DNA of 28,366 nucleotides from a virus. Its lineage: Duplodnaviria; Caudoviricetes. The notes below the pieces were generated by a model. The model was not told the origin of the DNA. It did no database searches and worked only from the letters and a program-made list of their open reading frames with translations. Within the stretch, counting starts at the first letter, position 1; the number at the start of each line of letters is the position of its first letter. The stretch spans positions 1 through 28,366 of IMG/VR virus record IMGVR_UViG_3300021124_000347, one strand, 5' to 3'. Below are positions 8,644 through 17,062 of the stretch, piece by piece. The position numbers and the translations under genes are program-made.

Positions 8644-9858
8644 TTAGGAGATTACAATCTCTGGAAAATACTTGACGAACACATCGCCTTTGAAATTACG
8701 AACTTTACGAATACGACCAACAATCTCGTCAAAAAAATTCCACGCGAGCGGCACAAAACAAATTTCACGATCAGGATATTTTTTAAGTTCATCAATTGTT
8801 ACAACAGGTATGCTCATACCAGGCGTAAATTTGCCTTGCTTAAGTGGATTATCATCAATAATAAAGTCCATATTGATGTTTCCAAAATTAAGCAGTGTGT
8901 TGCCCTTGGCAGGTGCTCCATAGCCTACAATAAGCCGCTGGTGAGCCTTGCGCTGCCCATCTAGGACCATTGAAAGGTCATTAACTGTGCGTCTAGCACC
9001 GTCTGCCCAACTCTGATATGTTGAGTAATCATGCAGACCATGAATGCGTTCCCAATCAAGATATGCTGCAATACGAGCAGGGCTATGCTGATCTGTTGAG
9101 AATACAAAGATATTACTACCGCCATGAATGGTTCCCTTGAACACATCAATCATGTTTAAGCCAACACTATTAGCAAGTGTATATAAACTTTTCACACTAA
9201 AGAAGTTACGATGTTCATGATAGATTGTATCAAACTCATTATTCTGTATCATATCGCTTTGACTATTCTGAATGAATAGTAGCGTGTTAGAATTCATAAT
9301 ATTGCGGCACAGTTTTAAGAACGTCTCTGGATCATCCTGATGCGCAAATACATTCTGTGCATAGATGATATCAGGTGTCTTGCCTACTTTAAGTAAGGCT
9401 TCTGGTGTCAAGAAGTCACAGATGATTTTATGGTTCTTGGAAGAGATTGGATAGATATTTTCAGCAGGATCAATACCGATAGTTTCTAATCCATGCTTCT
9501 TGAAATAGTTTAACTGTGTGCCGTCATTGCAGCCAATTTCTAGCACTCTGCGAGGCTTAACATCTGGAAAATATTCCATGACAAAATCTGCAAACCATGC
9601 AAAATAATTCTGCATAGTGAGACTAGTGCCACTCACATAAAGATAATTTTTAAAGATAATATTTGCATCAACGGCGTGAGTCAATTGTAGATGCGAACAG
9701 TCACCGCAATAATTAACCGCAAGTGGATAAGTGTTTTCTGGCTCCGCAACCGTTGCCTTGAAACTATTGGCAAGCGGTTGGGAACCCAAGTCTAACGTAA
9801 GTTTAAGGCTATGATTGCCGCAGCATAGGCAACGGCGTAACGGTTTGCAATCGGTCAT
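8644..9858 (-). CDS. NDP-hexose C-methyltransferase (TcaB9/TylCIII-like)
   Basis: N-terminal Zn-site Cys (CLCC...CGDC), LEIGCNDG SAM motif, FDTIYHEH, HGGS, GYGAPAKGNTLLN, DDNPLKQG. Confidence 0.9.
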   Translation of the reverse strand: MTDCKPLRRCLCCGNHSLKLTLDLGSQPLANSFKATVAEPENTYPLAVNYCGDCSHLQLTHAVDANIIFKNYLYVSGTSLTMQNYFAWFADFVMEYFPDVKPRRVLEIGCNDGTQLNYFKKHGLETIGIDPAENIYPISSKNHKIICDFLTPEALLKVGKTPDIIYAQNVFAHQDDPETFLKLCRNIMNSNTLLFIQNSQSDMIQNNEFDTIYHEHRNFFSVKSLYTLANSVGLNMIDVFKGTIHGGSNIFVFSTDQHSPARIAAYLDWERIHGLHDYSTYQSWADGARRTVNDLSMVLDGQRKAHQRLIVGYGAPAKGNTLLNFGNINMDFIIDDNPLKQGKFTPGMSIPVVTIDELKKYPDREICFVPLAWNFFDEIVGRIRKVRNFKGDVFVKYFPEIVIS

Positions 9859-9868
9859 ATGGTAGTTA

Positions 9869-10090
9869 TTACAATCCGATCATCTTGCTAGAATATTTGA
9901 AGCCACCACCACGATAGTCCTCTACAAGATAGTCTGCCAAAATTTCAAAACGAATAGCAGCATCTTGATCGCCACACTTTTCCAAATCGTTCTTAGCTTC
10001 TTTTAAGAACTTGATAAGCGACGTAAGGGAAACCTTGTCACTATCAACTAGGGCTGCACTGTGGGTTTTGCCTGCACGTTGGTTACTCAT
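9869..10090 (-). CDS. Hypothetical phage protein
   Basis: 73-aa ORF with strong AGGAG SD, in the operon downstream of the minus-strand promoter. Confidence 0.75.
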   Translation of the reverse strand: MSNQRAGKTHSAALVDSDKVSLTSLIKFLKEAKNDLEKCGDQDAAIRFEILADYLVEDYRGGGFKYSSKMIGL

Positions 10091-10102
10091 AGTATTCTCC
10101 TA

Positions 10103-10213
10103 TTAAAGATGTCCGAGGTAGATAATAGTGTCCCAGATTTTGCCGCTGCCCACAAAATAGGCTAGGAAAGAAAACCCAAGAAGCAGAAAGAAATCATCAT
10201 ATGTAATACGCAT
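10103..10213 (-). CDS. Small hydrophobic early protein, 36 aa (not in ORF track)
   Basis: MRITYDDFFLLLGFSFLAYFVGSGKIWDTIIYLGHL*; GGAG SD; directly behind the promoter at 10237-10264. Confidence 0.65.
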   Translation of the reverse strand: MRITYDDFFLLLGFSFLAYFVGSGKIWDTIIYLGHL

Positions 10214-10236
10214 CGTTTTCTCCATTGCTATAACCT

Positions 10237-10264
10237 AATATAGCATATTTGTAGGGGTTGTCAA
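10237..10264 (-). promoter_or_regulatory. Early promoter (family member), leftward
   Basis: Minus strand reads CTTGACAacccctacaaatatgcTATATTaggttatagcaatGGAG. Confidence 0.85.
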
Positions 10265-10278
10265 GTGAAAAATAACCC

Positions 10279-10306
10279 TTGACAAGCCTAAAATATGTGT
10301 TATATT
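10279..10306 (+). promoter_or_regulatory. Early promoter (family member), rightward, back-to-back with 10237-10264
   Basis: TTGACAagcctaaaatatgtgtTATATT, then AAGGAG. Confidence 0.85.
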
Positions 10307-10329
10307 GGGTTATAAGGAGAACGCTAACG

Positions 10330-10488
10330 ATGTATGACATGGAAAAATTACGCTTTTTAGTATCACTTTATTGTGACAAAAAGAACATGATTTATGACTC
10401 GTATATAGCAGGTCTCTTATCTAATGGTGAACTTATCCAAGCCCAAATCAAGACCCTTATTAACTATCACAAGGAATGGTTAAAGTGA
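10330..10488 (+). CDS. Hypothetical early protein, 52 aa
   Basis: ATG 10330 after AAGGAG; the track's longer TTG start falls inside the -35 box. Confidence 0.65.
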   Translation: MYDMEKLRFLVSLYCDKKNMIYDSYIAGLLSNGELIQAQIKTLINYHKEWLK

Positions 10489-10931
10489 ACAAGATTATCG
10501 TTTTCGACATTGATGGCACCCTTGCCAACACTGAACATCGTAAGCATTGGGTTGCAAGCAAGCCAAAGAACTGGGCGGCTTGGAACGCTGGTATGGCTAA
10601 CGATACTGTTCATACAGATATTGCGTGGTTACTCAATCTATGCGATAACAGAAATCATAACACACGCATTATTCTTTGTAGTGGGCGTGGTGGGGAAACT
10701 CGTGCGGTAACTGAGAAGTGGTTAGCAGATAATGATATCTATTACGATGCGCTGTATATGCGGCGTGAAAAAGACTATCGCAAGGATAGCATCGTCAAGG
10801 TAGAGTTGCTTGAACAAATCCGTAGCGATTATGGTGAGCCCTGGTTATGGTTTGATGACCGTCAGCAGGTTGTTGATGCAATTCGTGCATGCGGCGTTCG
10901 TGTGTTACAGGTTGCCGAAGGTAATTTCTGA
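10485..10931 (+). CDS. HAD-family polynucleotide 3'-phosphatase (T4 Pnk phosphatase domain-like)
   Basis: FDIDGTLA, CSGR, KDSIVK, FDDRQQVV. GTG 10485 (GTGA overlap, AAGGA SD) preferred over ATG 10476. Confidence 0.88.
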   Translation: MNKIIVFDIDGTLANTEHRKHWVASKPKNWAAWNAGMANDTVHTDIAWLLNLCDNRNHNTRIILCSGRGGETRAVTEKWLADNDIYYDALYMRREKDYRKDSIVKVELLEQIRSDYGEPWLWFDDRQQVVDAIRACGVRVLQVAEGNF

Positions 10932-10932
10932 T

Positions 10933-11160
10933 ATGACTACTATTATCCATATCAACCGAAACATTATACAGGCTAACTCTAAATATAATAAGAGCGAGCC
11001 TGTAGTTCGAGTTGAACAGGATGGTGTGGTAACATACTGTATGGAAGTAGATATCAAGGGTCCATCTCGCATGGTGTATAGTCCGCACAAACCACGAAAA
11101 TGTGGTGCTAAACTTTGGATTGAAACTGACAGTGAAGTTGAAATGATAGGTGTAAAATGA
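10933..11160 (+). CDS. Hypothetical phage protein, 75 aa
   Basis: MTTIIHINRNIIQAN...CGAKLWIET; fits between phosphatase and kinase, with a downstream ATGA overlap. Confidence 0.75.
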   Translation: MTTIIHINRNIIQANSKYNKSEPVVRVEQDGVVTYCMEVDIKGPSRMVYSPHKPRKCGAKLWIETDSEVEMIGVK

Positions 11161-11627
11161 CAAAGTGTTATATGTTAATTGGTGTGCCAGGTTCTGGTAA
11201 GTCTACGTGGATTACTAAGCAAGGGTTTGAAGATGTAATCATTGCGTCTAGCGATGCGTATATTGAAACTGTCGCTGCTAAGGCTGGCAAGACCTATGAC
11301 CAGATTTTCAGTCAGGCTATTGGCTATGCACAAAAGTTCTGTGACTCTCAAGTGCAGACTGCTATCAATTTAGATAAGACCCTTGTCTGGGATCAAACCA
11401 ACACGGTAGCCAAGCATCGCAAGTTGCGGCTAGCACGGCTACCCAAGGAATGGATCAAGATTGGGGTATTTTTTCCTACGCCAGATGAGTCCGAATTGCA
11501 ACGGCGACTTGATAGTCGTTGGGGTAAGAAAATTCCAAAGGATGTAATAGATAGTATGATACAACACCTTGAAATTCCACAACTTTCTGAGGGGTTTGAC
11601 GAGATAATAATGCTTGACAAGCCCTAA
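11157..11627 (+). CDS. P-loop polynucleotide 5'-kinase (T4 Pnk kinase domain-like)
   Basis: Walker A GVPGSGKST, SSD, WDQTN, lid RRLDSR, C-terminal EGFDEI. Confidence 0.85.
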   Translation: MTKCYMLIGVPGSGKSTWITKQGFEDVIIASSDAYIETVAAKAGKTYDQIFSQAIGYAQKFCDSQVQTAINLDKTLVWDQTNTVAKHRKLRLARLPKEWIKIGVFFPTPDESELQRRLDSRWGKKIPKDVIDSMIQHLEIPQLSEGFDEIIMLDKP

Positions 11628-11695
11628 ATCCGTGCTATATTAAGAGTATAAGCAATGGAGAGGTGTACGCATGTATCTCACGATTTCTGGCAAGC
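11612..11695 (+). repeat. Direct repeat copy 1: early promoter, SD and first 8 codons of the peptidase gene
   Basis: 11612-11664 is identical to 12486-12538 (53 nt); 11671-11695 matches 12543-12567 at 24 of 25 nt. Confidence 0.97.
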
Positions 11696-11878
11696 CATAG
11701 CTGCATTGACCGTCTGGCGGTCATGTGGGACACGGAAGGGCTTGAGAGCATCAAGCCGGAGCTGTGGCAAGAAGGGTATATCAACCTCGACATCACTGCT
11801 TTCAAGGGATCAGACTACGAGAAGATCCGCAAGGCAGCAGTAGAACGCCAGGCTTGGCTCAGCATCAATGCAGAATGA
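11671..11878 (+). pseudogene. Truncated peptidase start (MYLTISGKP*) joined to the 3' remnant of another gene
   Basis: ATG 11671 stops at TAG 11698-11700; a different frame (..CIDRLAVMWDTEG...INAE*) continues to 11878 without a well-spaced start. Confidence 0.5.
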
Positions 11879-11904
11879 CACTAGTACCACAAGTTACAAA
11901 TAAT

Positions 11905-11933
11905 TTGACATTTTAATTTAATTGTCATATTAT
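11905..11933 (+). promoter_or_regulatory. Sigma70-type promoter containing an inverted repeat
   Basis: TTGACA-N17-TATTAT; TGACA-N12-TGTCA dyad at 11906-11927. Confidence 0.65.
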
Positions 11934-11998
11934 AGATATTAAATATCTACATAGGAGATAATCGATGAACACTATTATTGTATTACGAGAGGTTAGCT

Positions 11999-12253
11999 AT
12001 GAAGCTTTATAGGATCCGTTCTGGAAACCGTTGGTATGTTGGACAACGAGTCTCTGAAACCTTTGGCAAGGATGAAGATGCTGGCGCCATTTTCAGGAAT
12101 CGTGAAAAAGCAGAGCTTGAGATCCGTTCTCATTCCAAGAACCGTAACGGATACGATTTCACCGATCCTAAGATGGCATGGCGCAAGAAGGAACATGATC
12201 TCTGGACTAACGCTGTCGTGGTTGAATATGATCTTGTGAGGATTGTTAACTAG
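11999..12253 (+). CDS. Hypothetical early protein, 84 aa
   Basis: MKLYRIRSGNRWYVG...; GAGG SD before ATG 11999. Confidence 0.7.
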   Translation: MKLYRIRSGNRWYVGQRVSETFGKDEDAGAIFRNREKAELEIRSHSKNRNGYDFTDPKMAWRKKEHDLWTNAVVVEYDLVRIVN

Positions 12254-12326
12254 ATCGTTACAAAATTTCGGTTGGCAGAATCCAAAATGGTGCTATTATA
12301 GCAATATAGGAAATGAGGAGACTAGC

Positions 12327-12491
12327 ATGGACTTCACTGAAACTCCCTACGCTGAAGATTTCTATGCCGATCTCAGCGATCTGATCGCTCGGTACGTCGA
12401 CATAGGCATGCAGGAAGAGACTGCTGAGATGGTGCTGAAGATGGCACTGGAAGACATGGCAGAAGAGCGTCGACTGAATCAAAAGGCTTGA
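12327..12491 (+). CDS. Small acidic early protein, 54 aa
   Basis: GAGGAG SD; promoter-like TTGGCA-N16-TATTAT at 12272-12299; MDFTETPYAEDFYADL... Confidence 0.72.
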   Translation: MDFTETPYAEDFYADLSDLIARYVDIGMQEETAEMVLKMALEDMAEERRLNQKA

Positions 12492-12567
12492 CAAGCCCTA
12501 AATCCGTGCTATATTAAGAGTATAAGCAATGGAGAGGTTCACATGTATCTTACGATTTCTGGCAAGC
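12486..12567 (+). repeat. Direct repeat copy 2: early promoter (TTGACA-N16-TATATT), SD and start of the peptidase gene
   Basis: Matches copy 1 at 11612; period 874 nt. Confidence 0.97.
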
Positions 12568-12980
12568 TATCCAAAGTCTCTACCAAAACGGTACGGGCTG
12601 CTATGGCATTTTATGCCGATTATCTCATGGCAGACCATGATGATATTGACGTATATCTTGACTTTGAAAAGGGTTACCTTAAAGGTCAAGGTAACCAAGC
12701 CGATTGTGTGAACGATGATGGTGACGAATTTACTATCACGGTTGATGCTGACTTGGGCGAGCGCAGCGTATTAATATCGCTCGCCCATGAGATGGTTCAC
12801 GTCAAACAACATGCTTGTGACGATTTTGGGTTCAACGACCGCAAGCGTATGTATCGCTTTGACGGAAAATATTATCCAGAAGATATGAACTATTGGGATG
12901 CACCATGGGAGATCGAAGCGTTCGGTCGTGAACTTGGTTTGTATAAAATGTTCAAGCAATCACAAAAGAAAGCAAAGTAA
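12543..12980 (+). CDS. Zinc metallopeptidase-like protein (HEXXH zincin)
   Basis: LAHEMVHVKQ and downstream PWEIEA. Confidence 0.8.
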   Translation: MYLTISGKLSKVSTKTVRAAMAFYADYLMADHDDIDVYLDFEKGYLKGQGNQADCVNDDGDEFTITVDADLGERSVLISLAHEMVHVKQHACDDFGFNDRKRMYRFDGKYYPEDMNYWDAPWEIEAFGRELGLYKMFKQSQKKAK

Positions 12981-12981
12981 T

Positions 12982-15900
12982 ATGTCTACTAGCTTGTTTG
13001 CGATAAACGCCAATAATCGTCTGTGGAAGTATGCAATAATTGTATCTGATACGGAAGGAAACCTTTATGTCAAGGATGGCGATCATCGTTGTGCTACGCT
13101 TGAAGAAGCACTAGATTATGCAGCTAGCCAGACCACGGGTAAAGCCCGTGGTCTTGTTCGCGAAGATGATATTCTTGGCGTATGGGATATGACTGCGGAT
13201 GCAATTCGTCGTGATCCACAATATGATCCTACATTAACTGATGAACAAGTTCGCAAAGGTTATGACAACGCAATTCGTTCATTGATGCCATTAAAACGTG
13301 TTCGCAAACTAAACTTTCGTGGACAACAGAGTTTAGAAGTTCATCCAATTCCGAAAGAATTGCTTGATAATCCAAATTGGAGAGCAAATCTATCTTATGA
13401 ATGGGATTTGGCTCATCAAGCTATCTTGAGCGGTTCTACAAAAGTTCCCCTAAAAAATTATACTGCACGTCAGTATCTTGTCGAAAGCTTTATCAAAACA
13501 AGTGAAAATATTGATAAGTTTTTGCTTGCTGCTGCGACTGGTGCAGGCAAGGAAACTTCTACACTTGCGCTATTGATCCACCTGCATGATGTTAAGAAGC
13601 ACGGCAAAAAGAAACTTAATGTTGCTGTAGCAACTATCCCTAGCACTATTAGCGAACTTATGAACGAACTTGCAACAGTTTCAGGCATGAATGTTGCTGG
13701 TTATGGATATATTGATTATAGCAGAATTGCTGTTTATATTACCAAGCAATGGTATGATAGCTATAAGAAAGATTGCAGTCCTGCTGCTATGCACATGATT
13801 AATACTCGTGCAAAACTCGTCGATTGCGTCGATAATATTCCAAAGACACACGCCGAAAATATTGTGCCTGTGCTATTTGGTAGCTATCATGATCTAGCAC
13901 AAAAATCTGATCTTATCAATTCACGCTATGCTGGTTTAGAAAAGCGTATTGGCACATTGAGTATTGGCGAAGCACATCAGATGTTGGGCAATGCTGACAA
14001 TAAGATGTGGCAAAAACTCAACGATACATTTGGCAAAAAATGTTTCAAGTTGTTCGTAACTGGCACACCATATGATTTTATCTATGGCAATGCTGCGGCT
14101 GAATATTTTGATGTCACTGAACGTGCGTTGTTTACACGAAACGATGTTTACCGTGATAAGCGCACAAATCCAAACAGCGATTTTAGGGAATATCCTGACT
14201 TTAACTTTTATGGAATTGACGTTAAAGAAATCATTGAAAAACTTAAAACAGACCCAAATTGGACTGATGATGCCAATGGACTTACATGGAATAAATTTTT
14301 CACGTATGATTTATTGACTGGAAAGTTTCTTTATGAAAAGTCAATTCTTTGGCTGTTCAAGCGCATGTTTGGTTCATCAGAATTTGATGAAAATGGCGAT
14401 CCATTAAGCATCTATAATGCCAAAGATTTGTGTGAAAAAGCAAAGCAGCATATTATGGTTGCCTTGCCAATCGGCAAAGATAATGTAAGTGCACAAGTTT
14501 ATATCAAAGCCCTAAGAAATTTATTGGTCACACATGGCATCTTTGAAGGCGATGTGTTTGAGGCATATAGTGATGACTTGGGTGATCGCAAAGATGATAT
14601 TGCCCATGCAGCAGGTCGTACATTAACATTGACCTGTAATAAGGATTGCACAGGCGCAAATATTCCTGAATTAGGCAGCTTTGTATTCTTGCGTAGATTA
14701 GGCGATAGTGTAAAGTTCTTTGAACAAGCAACTGGTCGCATTGGTCGTAAGTATAAAGGCAAAACTAATTGTGGTGTGTTTATTGGTGACCTAGAAGCAT
14801 CAATGAATATCATGGTTACTATTGAAGAAAAGATTTCACTAGAGCGTAATGAAGATTTTAGTGCTAGAGAAATCATTCAATCAATTCTAGCTAATTATAA
14901 TTTCTTTACTGCTAGAAACGGCAAGTGGGTTCGTCTAGATATTCCTGAATTTTCATCAATTCTTGAAGAACTCAATGCTCGTGGAAACTACGGTATTAAC
15001 CAATGCAATAAGTTTACATCGGCTTATGAAGGATTTGATTTATTCTTTAATAATAAAGTTTCTACTGAAAGCAAGCGTATCAACATTACAAAAAATGGTA
15101 ATGGTGACGCAAAAGATAAGGGCAACCAAGTTTTTGAACAGCTAGGATTGCCGTTTGATAAGAGTAAGAATGCCGATCAAAATTGGAATAACATGAAGTT
15201 GTTATTCATTGCAAAATGTCGTTATTTGGCATTTATCTATAATACACAAACTGTTGCTCAGTGTGTTGCATTGGTCAATGATGCCATAGAAACGGATAAT
15301 AAGGAAGTTCTTAATATTATTGGAAACGGCGTTGAATATTTTCCAGAAGTTATGCAAGAAGGTCAAATTGACGTGCGGTTTACAAACCGTTGGATTCAAA
15401 AATTCAATGATTACCGTGACAATATTGAATTTGTCCTTGAAGAATTTACAGATGAAATTTATCGCACCAATGATGGATTTGTACCAGAACCTAACAGTGT
15501 GATGAAACGCATTGCTAAAAATGTTTTGTCAAAAATTGAAAAGGGGAAGAGTATCTCAATATTTGACCCATGCGGTGGCCGTGGCGGATTATTAATTTGG
15601 TTTATCCAAGAAGCTAAATTATTAGATATTGATATTGATCCAAAAAACATTTATTATAATGACATTGATTTATCTATGGTTTCTTTTTTTCATGCAGTAA
15701 ACAAGAATTTGAATCTTGGTATACCGCTAGCAAACATTACAAACAAAAATTTTATGGAAGATTATGGTATGAATAAATTTGATGTTATTTTAGGAAATCC
15801 ACCATATAATGGGCGGGCGGCATTGCATCAACAATTTTTTAATAAATCATATGATTTATTAAAAGATGGCGGAGTGTTGGCATTTATTCAACCTGCTACC

Positions 15901-16608
15901 ACTTATTTTAATAAAAAAGACCGTCAAAAAGATGCTGTAAAAATCATGATTGATAACATACAGAATAATGTATGCTCAGTGTTTATTGAAAATCCAGAAG
16001 TTTTTGAAAATGCTGGCATTCAGAATGATTTGTCAATCACTGTTCTTGAAAAAACACCAAGCAAGACAAAAAATATAGAAAGTATTACCTATAAAAATGG
16101 TAATGTTTATAAAGATGTGCCGCTTGAAGATATTTCAATGACACAAATTGAACCTGTTGTTTATGCAAAAATTCGCACAAAATATGAAAAATATGTTGAA
16201 AAGCATGGTTCTTTAGAAGATGTCATTTCGAAAGAAGTAGGAACGCTCAAGGCTTTGCTAGGTAAAATTCGTGGCACTCGTCCAACCGATGATGATTTTT
16301 ATACGTTTATTCCACTAAGGAACAATCGTGAAGATTATGGTGCTGGTAAAGATACAGATTTTGGTGTTTCTATTGAAAATGAAAAGAATGTTGAGTTTGT
16401 ATATGATTACCTAGAATCTTATGTGGCTCGTTTTGGTTTAGCATTGCTTAAATTCTCACAGAATACAAAAAACAAAGAATTTGCGTTAGTGCCTCTCGTA
16501 AACTTTGATAAGAAATATTCTGATGAATATTTGTACAAAATGTTAGATTTAACAGATGATGAAGTTCTAGAAATTAAGAAGGTTATTGTACCATTATATG
16601 ACAGATAA
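12982..16608 (+). CDS. SF2 helicase-like / amino-DNA methyltransferase fusion (Eco57I/type IIG-like R-M protein)
   Basis: Helicase motifs AATGAGKE, IGEAHQ, VTGTP, GANIPEL, QATGRIGR; MTase motif I FDPCGGRGG and motif IV GNPPY. ATG 12982 follows the upstream stop. Confidence 0.82.
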   Translation: MSTSLFAINANNRLWKYAIIVSDTEGNLYVKDGDHRCATLEEALDYAASQTTGKARGLVREDDILGVWDMTADAIRRDPQYDPTLTDEQVRKGYDNAIRSLMPLKRVRKLNFRGQQSLEVHPIPKELLDNPNWRANLSYEWDLAHQAILSGSTKVPLKNYTARQYLVESFIKTSENIDKFLLAAATGAGKETSTLALLIHLHDVKKHGKKKLNVAVATIPSTISELMNELATVSGMNVAGYGYIDYSRIAVYITKQWYDSYKKDCSPAAMHMINTRAKLVDCVDNIPKTHAENIVPVLFGSYHDLAQKSDLINSRYAGLEKRIGTLSIGEAHQMLGNADNKMWQKLNDTFGKKCFKLFVTGTPYDFIYGNAAAEYFDVTERALFTRNDVYRDKRTNPNSDFREYPDFNFYGIDVKEIIEKLKTDPNWTDDANGLTWNKFFTYDLLTGKFLYEKSILWLFKRMFGSSEFDENGDPLSIYNAKDLCEKAKQHIMVALPIGKDNVSAQVYIKALRNLLVTHGIFEGDVFEAYSDDLGDRKDDIAHAAGRTLTLTCNKDCTGANIPELGSFVFLRRLGDSVKFFEQATGRIGRKYKGKTNCGVFIGDLEASMNIMVTIEEKISLERNEDFSAREIIQSILANYNFFTARNGKWVRLDIPEFSSILEELNARGNYGINQCNKFTSAYEGFDLFFNNKVSTESKRINITKNGNGDAKDKGNQVFEQLGLPFDKSKNADQNWNNMKLLFIAKCRYLAFIYNTQTVAQCVALVNDAIETDNKEVLNIIGNGVEYFPEVMQEGQIDVRFTNRWIQKFNDYRDNIEFVLEEFTDEIYRTNDGFVPEPNSVMKRIAKNVLSKIEKGKSISIFDPCGGRGGLLIWFIQEAKLLDIDIDPKNIYYNDIDLSMVSFFHAVNKNLNLGIPLANITNKNFMEDYGMNKFDVILGNPPYNGRAALHQQFFNKSYDLLKDGGVLAFIQPATTYFNKKDRQKDAVKIMIDNIQNNVCSVFIENPEVFENAGIQNDLSITVLEKTPSKTKNIESITYKNGNVYKDVPLEDISMTQIEPVVYAKIRTKYEKYVEKHGSLEDVISKEVGTLKALLGKIRGTRPTDDDFYTFIPLRNNREDYGAGKDTDFGVSIENEKNVEFVYDYLESYVARFGLALLKFSQNTKNKEFALVPLVNFDKKYSDEYLYKMLDLTDDEVLEIKKVIVPLYDR

Positions 16609-17062
16609 TATGATGATTCAGCATGTTATAAAGCATGTTAGAGAAAGAACATATATGAGTGGAGTAGAGCGCGACAGATTGCGAGTAAAAGCAACAGGCG
16701 AAGTCTTTACTCCAACTCCATTGGTACAACAAATATTAGATACATTGCCACAAGAATTATTCAGTGATCCAACTAAAACATTCTGTGATCCTGCATGTGG
16801 TGATGGGCAATTCTTAAGTGAAGTTCTTATTCGTAAACTTGAAAACAATATACCGTTTGAGACAGCACTTTCTACAATTTATGGTGTAGACATTATGCAA
16901 GATAATGTTAAACTATGTCAAGATCGTTTATTGTGTGGTCGTGAAGATTTGCGATATATAGTTGATAGAAATATTGTTTGTGCCGATAGCTTGAAATATG
17001 ATTATCTATTTGGCAATGTAGAAAAATTTGGTAATAATTTATTTGAGGTAATTAATGAATAA
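16598..17062 (+). CDS. Stand-alone SAM-binding half of an amino-DNA methyltransferase
   Basis: RVKATGEVFTP, DPACGDGQFL, IYGVDI, NIVCADSL; no NPPY/DPPY motif. Start is 16598 or 16610. Confidence 0.8.
   Translation: MTDNMMIQHVIKHVRERTYMSGVERDRLRVKATGEVFTPTPLVQQILDTLPQELFSDPTKTFCDPACGDGQFLSEVLIRKLENNIPFETALSTIYGVDIMQDNVKLCQDRLLCGREDLRYIVDRNIVCADSLKYDYLFGNVEKFGNNLFEVINE

Noticed and set aside
11906-11927. CRP/cAMP-responsive site linked to the phage cyclase
   Set aside because: It does not match TGTGA-N6-TCACA in sequence or spacing.
11612-12567. CRISPR array or IS/att repeat
   Set aside because: Only two copies, made of promoter, SD and gene start; no spacers, cas, transposase or integrase.
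12898-12981. N-terminal extension of the 1236-aa ORF in the track
   Set aside because: It overlaps the peptidase gene; ATG 12982 directly after the stop is more plausible. The track starts at 955, 3375, 10279, 10810, 12243, 19008 and 27562 were shortened for similar reasons.
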